In this document: piece after piece, positions 34,073-43,778 of the stretch | How the letters are laid out: every line of letters starts with the position of its first letter | How positions within the stretch are numbered: the stretch's first letter is position 1 | IMG/VR virus record: IMGVR_UViG_3300012352_000310 | Span: 1 to 64,000 of that record | DNA from: a virus | Taxonomy: Duplodnaviria; Heunggongvirae; Uroviricota; Caudoviricetes | Strand: one strand, 5' to 3' | Length of the DNA: 64,000 nucleotides | The notes under the pieces: model-generated | Database searches by the model: none | The model's input: the letters and a program-made list of their open reading frames with translations, nothing else | What the model was told of the DNA's origin: nothing | Made by a program: the position numbers and the translations under genes

Positions 34073-34318
34073 TTATCTGGTGTTCGCGAGCCGTATATTT
34101 AAGTTGATCTCTTCTAGGTCCTTACGATCATAATACGTACCAATATAGAAGCCATGACACTCTCGAAGACCTCGAAGCATATCAGGATTGGATACGTACA
34201 CGAAGTGATTCGATTTAATCTCGACGCCTGACTCTATCAGTGCTTTGATCTTATTATTTTTGTAGTGCTGGAACTGTTGATAGTTACCAGCGACCACATA
34301 AATTCTTTCACTCATCAT
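34073..34318 (-). CDS. hypothetical protein
   Basis: 81-aa minus ORF. Confidence 0.45.
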   Translation of the reverse strand: MMSERIYVVAGNYQQFQHYKNNKIKALIESGVEIKSNHFVYVSNPDMLRGLRECHGFYIGTYYDRKDLEEINLNIRLANTR

Positions 34319-34335
34319 TAGAGCTCTTGCTTAAC

Positions 34336-34641
34336 TTAATTTATCATTTCATCTGGTAAAACTGGCTCATAAGTAGCGTGAAAAATGTCTGGCTTGCAAG
34401 CATAGAATTCTCCCTGCACGCCTTTAATAATGTAGTCACCTTCGGTTGCGATATGCTTGACGGTTAAATTGATTCCATCTTCAAGTGTACCGATCTCAGC
34501 CTCACCAATTGCAGTTAGATGTCTCTCTTTATAAGTGTTTCCAAGTGCTGAACCACAGAATTCTTTTAGTCTCTTGATTCCATTTTCAGAATATTCAAAC
34601 TTAATTGCTTCAATCACTACAGGCTTCTTACGAAATTTCAT
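34336..34641 (-). CDS. hypothetical protein (CGSALG-motif paralog 1)
   Basis: 101 aa; EFCGSALGNTYKERH. Confidence 0.5.
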   Translation of the reverse strand: MKFRKKPVVIEAIKFEYSENGIKRLKEFCGSALGNTYKERHLTAIGEAEIGTLEDGINLTVKHIATEGDYIIKGVQGEFYACKPDIFHATYEPVLPDEMIN

Positions 34642-34658
34642 AATATTCTCCGGTTCTA

Positions 34659-34988
34659 TTACTCGATGGGTGTATAGTTAGCTGTAAATTCAGCTTCAGA
34701 TACAGTATACAGCTCGCCTTCGGCTGATTTTACTGCATAGTCGTTCTCCAATAGGATACGAACTGTGTTAAATATGTTCTCATCGATACGTTCTCCAAGG
34801 TCTGCCTCACCTCGGCCATAAGGATGACGGTGCTTGGTTACGGTACCAAGCGCTGAGCCACAGAGTGCTTCAAGCTCTGCGATGCCTTCAGTCGTAAATT
34901 TGAATTGTACTGCGTCGACTATCTGATTATTGAATGAATATTTCATTTCTCTACCAATCCGTGTTATCTGGCATCCAAAGATCTCCAT
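34659..34988 (-). CDS. hypothetical protein (CGSALG-motif paralog 2)
   Basis: 109 aa; ALCGSALGTVTKHRH. Confidence 0.5.
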   Translation of the reverse strand: MEIFGCQITRIGREMKYSFNNQIVDAVQFKFTTEGIAELEALCGSALGTVTKHRHPYGRGEADLGERIDENIFNTVRILLENDYAVKSAEGELYTVSEAEFTANYTPIE

Positions 34989-35235
34989 CGGAGATGAATG
35001 AATTGGATGGCCTTGCTGTTAAATTAGAAAATTGAGGTAGCTCATCTATCTCTTGATTCTTTAAGTTGCCCGTGAGTTCCTGGCCTTTGTCGGTGTATTT
35101 CATAAATTCAGAAACTTTTTCATATACTTCTGGCTTACGATCTAAATTAGCATGAGATTTAGAGCAGTATACTCCACGCTTGCGATGCTCAACACCACAA
35201 TATGGACAGTTCTTTTTACGATAGACACCAGCCAT
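34951..35235 (-). CDS. hypothetical zinc-ribbon protein
   Basis: 94 aa; CPYCGVEHRKRGVYCSKSH. Confidence 0.45.
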   Translation of the reverse strand: MAGVYRKKNCPYCGVEHRKRGVYCSKSHANLDRKPEVYEKVSEFMKYTDKGQELTGNLKNQEIDELPQFSNLTARPSNSFISDGDLWMPDNTDW

Positions 35236-35469
35236 TATTCCACCATCTGAAGAAGACGCTTAAGCAACTCAAACTGAATGAGCAGTTGATTTATTCTTCT
35301 CTCACGAGGTATTTTATTCCTCGGAGTCCTCATCATATTCCTCGTCTTCGTAGATATCGCCTCCACAGAAGGGGCAATACGCTATATCAGACGATTGAAG
35401 ATCTCCTTCTTTGAAACTAATCTTGCCATGAGCTCCACACTCATCACAGTCGAAATGTTTAACTGCCAT

Positions 35470-36129
35470 TTATTGTTCCTCTTGTTTGTGCCATACTTTT
35501 CCTGATGCTAAAACTATCTGGCAGATATGCTCTAAACGCTCGATGTGTTCAAAAGCTCTCCAAGGAGAAGTGTCGATTGATACTACACCGTGACCTTTAA
35601 TGCCGACAATATCGTAACTGATATTTCCTTCAGAATCCAAGCCTAGATTTTCATGACATCTGTCTGCCAGTTCTTGACTAATTGGAGGGACATCTGGTAC
35701 GTTTTTAGCGACTTTAGTATATCTGCCAAGTTCTGGGAATTCTTTTACTAATTCGCTTAACTCGATTCCAGCATGCATCGCTGCTACACAATATGTAGGG
35801 TGAAAATGCATTACCACTCGCACATCCTCTGCGTGCTGACCCATACTCTTTTGTAGACCAAAATGTAGAGGCAATTCGCCACTTGGCCTTAAATTTGCGC
35901 TGATATCAGTGTAAGGTAACTCAATTGGAATAGGCGTGACATGATTGCCTCTACTAATTCCAATCTTCTTAAACTGATCTGGTTGCATGGTCTGTTTACG
36001 AACACCAGACGGTGTCACGTAGAAGTGATCTCGATCATGATGTCTGATAGAAACGTTACCATCACGACTGGTAATCCAGTTGCGACGATAAGCTTCTACC
36101 ATAGTTTCGCAGATTGTTTCTAACATCAC
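35470..36129 (-). CDS. class II aldolase/adducin-family protein (fuculose-P aldolase / ribulose-5-P 4-epimerase fold)
   Basis: 219 aa; NVSIR and zinc-ligand HFHPTY motifs. Confidence 0.7.
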   Translation of the reverse strand: MMLETICETMVEAYRRNWITSRDGNVSIRHHDRDHFYVTPSGVRKQTMQPDQFKKIGISRGNHVTPIPIELPYTDISANLRPSGELPLHFGLQKSMGQHAEDVRVVMHFHPTYCVAAMHAGIELSELVKEFPELGRYTKVAKNVPDVPPISQELADRCHENLGLDSEGNISYDIVGIKGHGVVSIDTSPWRAFEHIERLEHICQIVLASGKVWHKQEEQ

Positions 36130-37274
36130 GTATTCCTTAAGATATCTATCATCACTTTTGCAAGCTGCTTAAACCATGCTTCGTCATGACCACGAGTTGT
36201 TTCTGCTGCAACACCAATACGTACTCCACTAGTTTCTGCAAAGCTACGAGTCTCTCCAGGTACACCATTCTTATTCACAGTAATACCATGCTCTTCTAGA
36301 ACATCAGCATACTCGCGGCCGCTCATCTTTTCATTGGTGAGATCGATCGTAAACATATGACATGCAGTACCACCACTCACGATTTTGACACCCGATTGAA
36401 TAAATGCTTCAGCCATTGCATTAGCGTTTGCTCTCACTCTATATGCGTATTCAGTGAATTCAGGCTGTAGAGCTTCATAAAAACATTGAGCTTTACCAGC
36501 AATGATATGCATCAATGGACCACCTTGAGTTCCGGGAAACACAGCTGAATTCAGACGTCTTGTGTAATCTGGGTTATTCCACAAGATCAATCCACCACGA
36601 GGACCACGCAAACCTTTATGAGTTGTAGTAGTTACAACGTCTGCATAAGGGAATGGGCTTGGATACTGACCACCTGCAATAAGACCAGAATAATGAGCAA
36701 CGTCTGCTAGGAGTAGAGCGTCAACTGAGTCAGCAATTTCACGGAATCTAGCCCAATCAATTACTTGGCTATAAGCACTAGCTCCAGCGATGACCATCTT
36801 TGGTTTTACAAACTGAACTAATTCTTGAACAGCATCATAATCAATAAAGCCATTCTTATCTACACCATAACTATGAGCGACGAACCATGAGCCACTGATA
36901 TTCACTTGAGCTCCATGACTCAAATGACCGCCACTAGCTAGATCCATACTTACTACAGTATCATTTGGCTTTAAGAAAGCTTTGAATACTGCTAGGTTAG
37001 CGTTAGCGCCTGAATGTGGCTGAACGTTTGCATACTCACAACCAAACAACTTAGTAGCATATTCGATTGCAATATTTTCAATCTCATCTACGTTAGAGCA
37101 TCCGTTGTAATATCTTTTTCCAGGTAAGCCTTCAGCATACTTGTTAGTAAGAATACTACCACATAAGTCCATCACTGCTTGGCTTGTATAATTTTCACTA
37201 GCGATCAACTCGATAGTGCTTTTCTGTCTGATGCCTTCATTTAATAAGGCTGTGTGAATTCTTTGATCAATCAT
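36126..37274 (-). CDS. glyA: serine hydroxymethyltransferase
   Basis: 382 aa; ELIASENYTS signature, PLP-lysine region TTTTHKGLRGPRGG. Confidence 0.9.
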   Translation of the reverse strand: MIDQRIHTALLNEGIRQKSTIELIASENYTSQAVMDLCGSILTNKYAEGLPGKRYYNGCSNVDEIENIAIEYATKLFGCEYANVQPHSGANANLAVFKAFLKPNDTVVSMDLASGGHLSHGAQVNISGSWFVAHSYGVDKNGFIDYDAVQELVQFVKPKMVIAGASAYSQVIDWARFREIADSVDALLLADVAHYSGLIAGGQYPSPFPYADVVTTTTHKGLRGPRGGLILWNNPDYTRRLNSAVFPGTQGGPLMHIIAGKAQCFYEALQPEFTEYAYRVRANANAMAEAFIQSGVKIVSGGTACHMFTIDLTNEKMSGREYADVLEEHGITVNKNGVPGETRSFAETSGVRIGVAAETTRGHDEAWFKQLAKVMIDILRNT

Positions 37275-37297
37275 TATAAAATCTCATTCTTGTAAAG

Positions 37298-37543
37298 TTA
37301 ACTGTCACGTCGTATCTTCTGCAACTGTAAATTCAGCACAAAATTCTCTAATACTAACTTAGTTATAGTCGAAAGCATGATCAGTTCTCGATCAGGTCCA
37401 TCTTGTTTATTGAACATTTCAATAACATCCAAAGCTATAAGCTTTACAGCTTCATCTTCAGATATGTTTAGCATTCCCCAGTCTATAGGGTCTTGAGTTT
37501 CTATAACTCCAACTAGCTCAATAATCTGATTTATGTCGATCAT
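37298..37543 (-). CDS. hypothetical protein
   Basis: 81-aa minus ORF. Confidence 0.45.
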   Translation of the reverse strand: MIDINQIIELVGVIETQDPIDWGMLNISEDEAVKLIALDVIEMFNKQDGPDRELIMLSTITKLVLENFVLNLQLQKIRRDS

Positions 37544-38718
37544 TCTTTCTCCAGTATATCAGCAATCATCTCAGCGGTACATGGAGATAGTGTCCAACCT
37601 AAGTGTCCATGTCCTGTGTTTAGATATACTTTCTCTCGCTTGCCTTTGCGAACGATTGGAAGCATTGAAGGAGTCATTGGTCTTAGACCAGCCCAAGGTT
37701 TATAGTCTCGAGTATCGATCTTTGGAAAGTTAGTGTGTACCCAATTCAACAGCGGATCAATGCGATCTTTGCGAATATCTAGATTCCAACCATCCAACTC
37801 TGCCGTGCCTGCAACTCTGAATCTATCTCCAAGAGTCGATGTAACGATCTTAGCTTGATCGTCAAGCATAGATGTAGTTGGAAAGTTCTCTGGATTATCT
37901 CGGATAGTAATTGAATAACCCTTCACAGGGTATACATTGATTGACTCACCAAACATTCTAGCAACACGAGCTGAATCAGATCCAGCACAGATAATGATCT
38001 TGTCGTAGCTATATTCTAGATGTTCTGAGTACGCAGAATCGATTTCAAAACTATAATTAAACACAACACCACGTTCTTCAAGCCAATCTGCTAGTTGGTT
38101 ACAGAACTTATGTATATCACCCATCGCATCTGATTCTGTCCAGATACCGCCGATGATATCTGAAGAGACTTCAAGCTTTGGTTCTAGCTTTTTAATCTCT
38201 TCTGGGGTCACAACCTTACGTTCTAAGTCAGTGTATCGGTATATGCTTTCCATTGCATATAACGCATCTGAATAATAACCTGAATCTTTATAAAAATGTA
38301 GAATACCATTCTTACTTAGATCGAATTGAATTCCGGTTTCGTCTGCAATCTGGTAGTATAACTCGCGAGCAGTCATACCCATAGCGATAGTTTCCCAAGT
38401 GTTGCTACGCTTGTTAAACTCACCTTTATATACTTGATGCATGAAACCAGCAATCCATTTGAGCTTTGCTGGTGATAGGCTTGGTCTGATTAAGAAAGGA
38501 GCATCTGGAGTAAACATCCATTTGATTCCTTTCTTAACATTAGACCAGCTGGTCCATGTTTCAGAATTAGAAACACTTAGTTGGCCGCCATTGGCATAAG
38601 ATGTTTTCATCCCAGCGTATGGCTCTTTATCAAATACTGATACTTGATGGCCTCGTTTTACTAATGAATATGCTGTAGTGATGCCAGTGATGCCAGCACC
38701 TATCACCGCGACTCTCAT
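37540..38718 (-). CDS. FAD-dependent oxidoreductase (DAO family: glycine/D-amino-acid oxidase or MnmC-like)
   Basis: 392 aa; N-terminal Rossmann MRVAVIGAGITGITTAYSL..VFDKE. Confidence 0.7.
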   Translation of the reverse strand: MRVAVIGAGITGITTAYSLVKRGHQVSVFDKEPYAGMKTSYANGGQLSVSNSETWTSWSNVKKGIKWMFTPDAPFLIRPSLSPAKLKWIAGFMHQVYKGEFNKRSNTWETIAMGMTARELYYQIADETGIQFDLSKNGILHFYKDSGYYSDALYAMESIYRYTDLERKVVTPEEIKKLEPKLEVSSDIIGGIWTESDAMGDIHKFCNQLADWLEERGVVFNYSFEIDSAYSEHLEYSYDKIIICAGSDSARVARMFGESINVYPVKGYSITIRDNPENFPTTSMLDDQAKIVTSTLGDRFRVAGTAELDGWNLDIRKDRIDPLLNWVHTNFPKIDTRDYKPWAGLRPMTPSMLPIVRKGKREKVYLNTGHGHLGWTLSPCTAEMIADILEKE

Positions 38719-39707
38719 GCAGCTTTACCCCATACGTCGTTCCATGAACCAGCAGTGGCACCTTTGGCATAGTCTGTAACTCTATTCTCGAAAAAGTTTC
38801 CGTGGATAGGAGCGTTAATCATAGATTCTACCCACGGCAGAGGATTGCGCTTGACTTTGAAGATGCCCTTCATGCCAAGCCCGATCAATCGACGATCAGC
38901 AATGTAACGAATGTACTGTTTTACTTCTTCTTTGGTAAGACCTTGCATCTCGTTGATACCGAACGACAAATCGATGAACTTGTCTTCCAATTCAACCATT
39001 TTCTCAGCGATACTGTAGATGCTTCCTTTAAGTTCGTCGTTCCAGATCTCTGGATTTTCTTTGATGTATGTCTTAAACAAACGCATCATGTTTTCAGCGT
39101 GCTGTGTTTCATCGACGATAGACCAAGTAACGATCTGACCCATGCCTTTCATCTTGCCGTGGCGAGGGAAGTTTAACAGCATAATGAATGAACTGAACAG
39201 TTGCATACCTTCAGTAAAGGCAGAGAATACGGCGATGTGACGAGCTGTATTTTCTTTAGTAGAGTTCTGGTTTGCAATGCCTAAAACATATTCGTGCTTG
39301 TCCTTCATCTCTTGGTATTCCAAGAACTGATTGTACGTAGTCTCTGGCAGACCAAGAGTTTCAATCAGGTGAGAATACGCAGCGATGTGCAATGCTTCAC
39401 GTGCGGCGAAACCAAGCAACATCATACGAATTTCAGGTTGAGGGAAGTATGGCAGATAGTTGTTAACGTAGCCACCAGCAACGTCGATGTCGCCTTGAGT
39501 AAAGAATCTAAAGATGTTAGTCAGGAATTCTTTCTCTTGTGCTGTAAGAGTACGCTTCCATTGCTTTTCATCTTCAAGCATAGGAACTTCGGTATGCAAC
39601 CAATGAGACTGTTCGTGTTTAAGCCACGCATCATATGCCCAAGGATAGTTGAAAGGCTTGAACGACGTGCGTTCATCAGTCATTTTTTGTTCTAGTTTTT
39701 TAATCAT
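38715..39707 (-). CDS. nrdB: ribonucleotide reductase class Ia small subunit
   Basis: 330 aa; ferritin-like di-iron ExxH motifs, radical Tyr region. Confidence 0.85.
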   Translation of the reverse strand: MIKKLEQKMTDERTSFKPFNYPWAYDAWLKHEQSHWLHTEVPMLEDEKQWKRTLTAQEKEFLTNIFRFFTQGDIDVAGGYVNNYLPYFPQPEIRMMLLGFAAREALHIAAYSHLIETLGLPETTYNQFLEYQEMKDKHEYVLGIANQNSTKENTARHIAVFSAFTEGMQLFSSFIMLLNFPRHGKMKGMGQIVTWSIVDETQHAENMMRLFKTYIKENPEIWNDELKGSIYSIAEKMVELEDKFIDLSFGINEMQGLTKEEVKQYIRYIADRRLIGLGMKGIFKVKRNPLPWVESMINAPIHGNFFENRVTDYAKGATAGSWNDVWGKAA

Positions 39708-39904
39708 TTGTCTTCTTCCAATATTAGTTCGATAAAGCCGTCGAAGACTCTCACTCCGACGACATCTTTAAATCCTTCTGCTGGATCATACACGCATACT
39801 CTAATTTTAGCTTTTGATTTTGGTAGTTCTCCACTGTTTTTAGGATAGAGATCTGCCCAATATTTTTTAATCTTTTCAGCAATATCGTATGCGTCCATGA
39901 TCAA
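39704..39904 (-). CDS. hypothetical protein between nrdA and nrdB
   Basis: 66-aa ORF with 4-nt overlaps on both sides. Confidence 0.45.
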   Translation of the reverse strand: MIMDAYDIAEKIKKYWADLYPKNSGELPKSKAKIRVCVYDPAEGFKDVVGVRVFDGFIELILEEDK

Positions 39905-41712
39905 CCTTCACAAGCTAGGCACGCGCCATCATCTGTAGTAAGTGCATTCAAATCGATTTCTTTAATAACTTCACGTTCGATACGCTTAGAAACTTTATCA
40001 GCTTTAGCGATCTTATCTGAACGGCAGTAATACATAGTCTTCAACTTTAACTTCCAAGCCATAAAGTGCACAGCATGGATATACTTAATGTGACTGTCTG
40101 GTCGGAAGAATACATTCAATGATTGAGCTTGATCGATGTACTCTTGACGATCAGCTGCATGTTGAACAACCCAGCGCTGATCAATTTCCATTGAAGTCTT
40201 GAACACATCACGTTGCCAATCATCAAGGAATTCCAAGTGTTGTGCCGAACCATCATTAGCGATAACTGAAGACCAAGTGTCTTCATACCAACCTTCTTTA
40301 TGATTAACAGCTTCAGCTCTGATCAGTGCATCAAGAAATTTATTCTTGTTTAAGTGAGAACCCGATAGAGTGTCTTGGCGATAAGCATTGGCGCGATAAG
40401 GTTCAATGCTAGGGCTAGTATTGCCCATGAGAATGGAAGAAGAAGCATTGGGAGCAATAGCCATGAGATGACTAAAGCGATTGCCAGTGCCTTTAGCATC
40501 TGGTGCTTCACCACGTTCATATCCCAATTCCTTATTAGCGACATCTAGTTTACCTCGAATGTTCTTGAAGATTGATTTATTAAGACCAACAGCCATTGAA
40601 GATTCCCAAGGGATGTTCTTCTTTTGTAGCAGAGCATGGAAGCCAAGGGCACCAATGCCAATTGATCGTTCACGTATTGCGCTGAACTTTGCGCGTTCAA
40701 TGCTGTCTGGGGCATTGTCAATAAAGTATTGAAGAACGTTATCCAACATTTCAGCTACGTCGCGTAAGAACTGTGGATGATCTTTCCATTCATCATAATA
40801 CTCTAGATTCAAAGAACTCAAGCAGCAGACAGCAGTGCGTTGTTCGTTAGTTGGTAGAATGATTTCAGAGCACAGATTAGATTGATGAACCTTCAATCCT
40901 TGGTCTTTTAACCACTGAGGAAGCTTACGATTGGATTCATCGATAAAGTGAATGTATGGCTCGCCTGTTTGCATACGCAGATCAAGAATCTTTTGCCATA
41001 GTTCACGAGCAGATACTACTTCACGAACTTCACCACTGTGCGGATCTTTTAGTTCCCAGCTGTCGTCAGCATGAGCATCGAGCATTGATCGCTCGATGAT
41101 TTCCATAAAGCTATCTGGAATATTGATACCATGATGCAGGTTGAGAGTACGCATATTTTGATCGCCTGTTGGCTTACGCATCTCAAGGAAAATTAGAATA
41201 TCAGGATGACTAATGTCAAGATAAGCAGCATAGCTACCGCGGCGAGTACGGCCTTGGCGGTAAGCAAGAGAAGATGCATCATACATCTTAAGATGTGGCA
41301 TAACGCCGGTAGACTTATCATCAGCAGCACGAATACCAAAACCAATTCCAACACCGCCTCCTAACATTGATAGCCAATTAGTCTCACTTAGGTTCTGCAC
41401 TAGACCTTCTGCAGTATCTTCAATGTAATTGAGGAAACATGAAATAGGCAGACCACGCTTACTGCGGCCAAAAGAAAGAATGGGAGTGCTATAAGAGAGC
41501 CAATGAGTTGAACTGTACTCATATAATCGTTGCGCATGTGCTGGGTTACTCCCGAATTTTGACGACACGAAAGCGAATCGCTCTTGAGGACTAACCTCGT
41601 CATCTTTCATGTAACTTTCTTTTAATCGAATCTTACCCAGTTCGTCGAACAACTCGTCTCTGGCAAGGTTCACTTGGATTCCGTGAACTACATCAGTCAT
41701 ATTATACTCCAT
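39901..41712 (-). CDS. nrdA: ribonucleotide reductase class I large subunit (short form, no ATP cone)
   Basis: 603 aa; active-site NLCSEI, C-terminal Cys pair CLACEG. Confidence 0.85.
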   Translation of the reverse strand: MEYNMTDVVHGIQVNLARDELFDELGKIRLKESYMKDDEVSPQERFAFVSSKFGSNPAHAQRLYEYSSTHWLSYSTPILSFGRSKRGLPISCFLNYIEDTAEGLVQNLSETNWLSMLGGGVGIGFGIRAADDKSTGVMPHLKMYDASSLAYRQGRTRRGSYAAYLDISHPDILIFLEMRKPTGDQNMRTLNLHHGINIPDSFMEIIERSMLDAHADDSWELKDPHSGEVREVVSARELWQKILDLRMQTGEPYIHFIDESNRKLPQWLKDQGLKVHQSNLCSEIILPTNEQRTAVCCLSSLNLEYYDEWKDHPQFLRDVAEMLDNVLQYFIDNAPDSIERAKFSAIRERSIGIGALGFHALLQKKNIPWESSMAVGLNKSIFKNIRGKLDVANKELGYERGEAPDAKGTGNRFSHLMAIAPNASSSILMGNTSPSIEPYRANAYRQDTLSGSHLNKNKFLDALIRAEAVNHKEGWYEDTWSSVIANDGSAQHLEFLDDWQRDVFKTSMEIDQRWVVQHAADRQEYIDQAQSLNVFFRPDSHIKYIHAVHFMAWKLKLKTMYYCRSDKIAKADKVSKRIEREVIKEIDLNALTTDDGACLACEG

Positions 41713-42589
41713 TTGTTTTGTAAATTTCTCGCTCCCACAATTTACGATACTGGATCCAACCTTTCAAGTTACCATGCAACGATTCATCTTGCCAGCTGGA
41801 CATCTGTCCCCTTGGAGCTGCGACAAGAATGTCTGGTGTTGCTTGGTGTTCAAGTGGACTCGCATGTAGTGGTACAGCGCCCGCTAGTCTCTGGAACAGG
41901 AACAAGTCTTCATCTTTGTTCGCTTTCGTTCCGTCGTGTTTTAAGTAACTTACACGACAGCATCGTGCAGCACTAATTTTTGCCAACATATTACTATTCG
42001 CGTTGGCTTCGATCTTGTAGAATGGATCTTCCAATTCCTCGTCTGTTATATATGGCAGATGCCATTGGCCCGGTTCGAGCAATCGAGGAGTAGAAGCATT
42101 TCTAGCTTCGATCATACGTAAAGCTAATTCATGTATTTCTGGTTGAGCGTCTTCATGTGCACGAAGCTCATCCCAGTTATCAAATTCAGTTGCCGTAACG
42201 ACACCATGAGCCCAAAGATACGGCTCAATAGTTCTGTTTACGATTTGTTTGTGTGTACCAAGCAGTGACATTGACTCAGCATAGAATGCAGCATGAATAG
42301 CTGCTTGACGCCATTGCTCTTTTACACCGCTTCGTGTCAGTGCATCAAGCTCTTCTTTGGCTTGCATACCTGCTTGATTCTTTCCCCAATGAACAGGCAA
42401 AGCAGGATCTGTGCGAACCTGCTCTAGTAATTTTGCTGTGGGGATTGCTCGACTTGAGCTGAAATTCCGAGAGAACACTCGGTGTGTATTGAATTCCGGT
42501 AGAATGAATCTATGGAACTTCACCTGCATCGTGGTGATGCGTTTGCCTGCCGCAGAAATGCTATCGGCAATAATTTTTGCTTCTATCAT
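41702..42589 (-). CDS. thyX: flavin-dependent thymidylate synthase
   Basis: 295 aa; THRVFSRNFSSSR matches ThyX RHRx7SxR motif; AHEDAQPEIHE resembles H-AQWE motif; occupies T4 td position next to nrdA. Confidence 0.7.
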   Translation of the reverse strand: MIEAKIIADSISAAGKRITTMQVKFHRFILPEFNTHRVFSRNFSSSRAIPTAKLLEQVRTDPALPVHWGKNQAGMQAKEELDALTRSGVKEQWRQAAIHAAFYAESMSLLGTHKQIVNRTIEPYLWAHGVVTATEFDNWDELRAHEDAQPEIHELALRMIEARNASTPRLLEPGQWHLPYITDEELEDPFYKIEANANSNMLAKISAARCCRVSYLKHDGTKANKDEDLFLFQRLAGAVPLHASPLEHQATPDILVAAPRGQMSSWQDESLHGNLKGWIQYRKLWEREIYKTNGV

Positions 42590-42652
42590 AAGACCTCAAT
42601 TGTTAGTACAGTTCACCTGTTCATTATATATCAACGGCTAATTGAGGTACAA

Positions 42653-43090
42653 TTACTTTAGAAATTTAAGTAGGTCTGCATGTCCAGATAGATAACCGAC
42701 GGCCGCTGCTCCGCCCATCAGATACCAACGCCAACGCTCTAGAATACCAAGTCTGTCTTCTAATTTCGTGATATCTGTTTGAATTTCTTTTTGGATTTCT
42801 TGATGTTGTTCTTTGGCAGATTTTGCGCTTTCACGCATACGTTCTTCTATGTTCTTTTCAAGACCTGCAATCTTATCTACGATCTCGCGAGTCTGCGTAG
42901 TGATACGCGAATGTAGTTCTTTGATGTCGTCATCGCGAGCATCTGCAACCTTTTCTAGTTGCCCAATTCTTTCGTCGTGCACAGCTAAAAGTCTTCCAAT
43001 GCTATTACTTACCTCTGAGATTTTCTCGAGGGAGGAATCAAGCTTGTTAACGACGCTTTTCAGGACTTCTAATTCAGTTTCGAGTGCCAT
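42653..43090 (-). CDS. coiled-coil protein with C-terminal TM segment
   Basis: start at MALETELE; heptad-rich, WRWYLMGGAAAVGYL hydrophobic tail. Confidence 0.45.
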   Translation of the reverse strand: MALETELEVLKSVVNKLDSSLEKISEVSNSIGRLLAVHDERIGQLEKVADARDDDIKELHSRITTQTREIVDKIAGLEKNIEERMRESAKSAKEQHQEIQKEIQTDITKLEDRLGILERWRWYLMGGAAAVGYLSGHADLLKFLK

Positions 43091-43353
43091 TACTTCATTT
43101 CCTCGTATATTTTCCTTTGAATTTGATACCATTCGATGAAGGCATCGTGTTTTACTGCACACTCATAGTATGTAGAATAGTTTGAGTTAACAGTTTTGGC
43201 GACGTCACTTAGCTTTGCATCTTCTTGTAGCTTTTGTAATTGAGGGCAATTGCTCAATAATCTTTCTGGAACTTCTGGGAATTTTGCTACAACAGGTACA
43301 GTTGTAGAGCAGCCTGTCAATAGGAGAACTGCTAAGACTAGTGTGTATTTCAT
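43090..43353 (-). CDS. small lipoprotein (o-spanin candidate)
   Basis: 87 aa; lipobox LLTGC. Confidence 0.5.
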   Translation of the reverse strand: MKYTLVLAVLLLTGCSTTVPVVAKFPEVPERLLSNCPQLQKLQEDAKLSDVAKTVNSNYSTYYECAVKHDAFIEWYQIQRKIYEEMK

Positions 43354-43778
43354 TCTAGTTTCTCCGCTGCTTTATTATGAGCATCAATGAATTCCTTAGG
43401 AATCTTGCACTGATCATCATACTTTACAATCTCACGATCAATATATTTTACAATAGCGTCAGCACGCTCAGTAATAACTTTTTCTTTAGTTACAATCTTC
43501 TCTACGATCTTAACATTTTCTTTTGCAGACTTTACTTCTGCCTGAGCTACTTTGGCTTCCATCTCTTTTACACGAGCTTGCCATACAGCTTCATTAGACA
43601 TGGCACCCTCAAAGTATAAACCAAATACTAAAGCAGCGATAGCACCAAATTGAATTGGTAGCTTGTACTGACTTACGAATGGAATGAAGCCAAGTACAAA
43701 AGACGCTACTAAACCTAGAACACCAGCAATGGTGATCAGGTGAAATACAAAGTCTGGCAGAAAGTTAATGATCCACAT
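43350..43778 (-). CDS. N-terminal TM + coiled-coil protein (i-spanin candidate)
   Basis: 142 aa; hydrophobic N-terminus then charged coiled coil; immediately upstream of lipoprotein gene. Confidence 0.45.
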   Translation of the reverse strand: MWIINFLPDFVFHLITIAGVLGLVASFVLGFIPFVSQYKLPIQFGAIAALVFGLYFEGAMSNEAVWQARVKEMEAKVAQAEVKSAKENVKIVEKIVTKEKVITERADAIVKYIDREIVKYDDQCKIPKEFIDAHNKAAEKLE

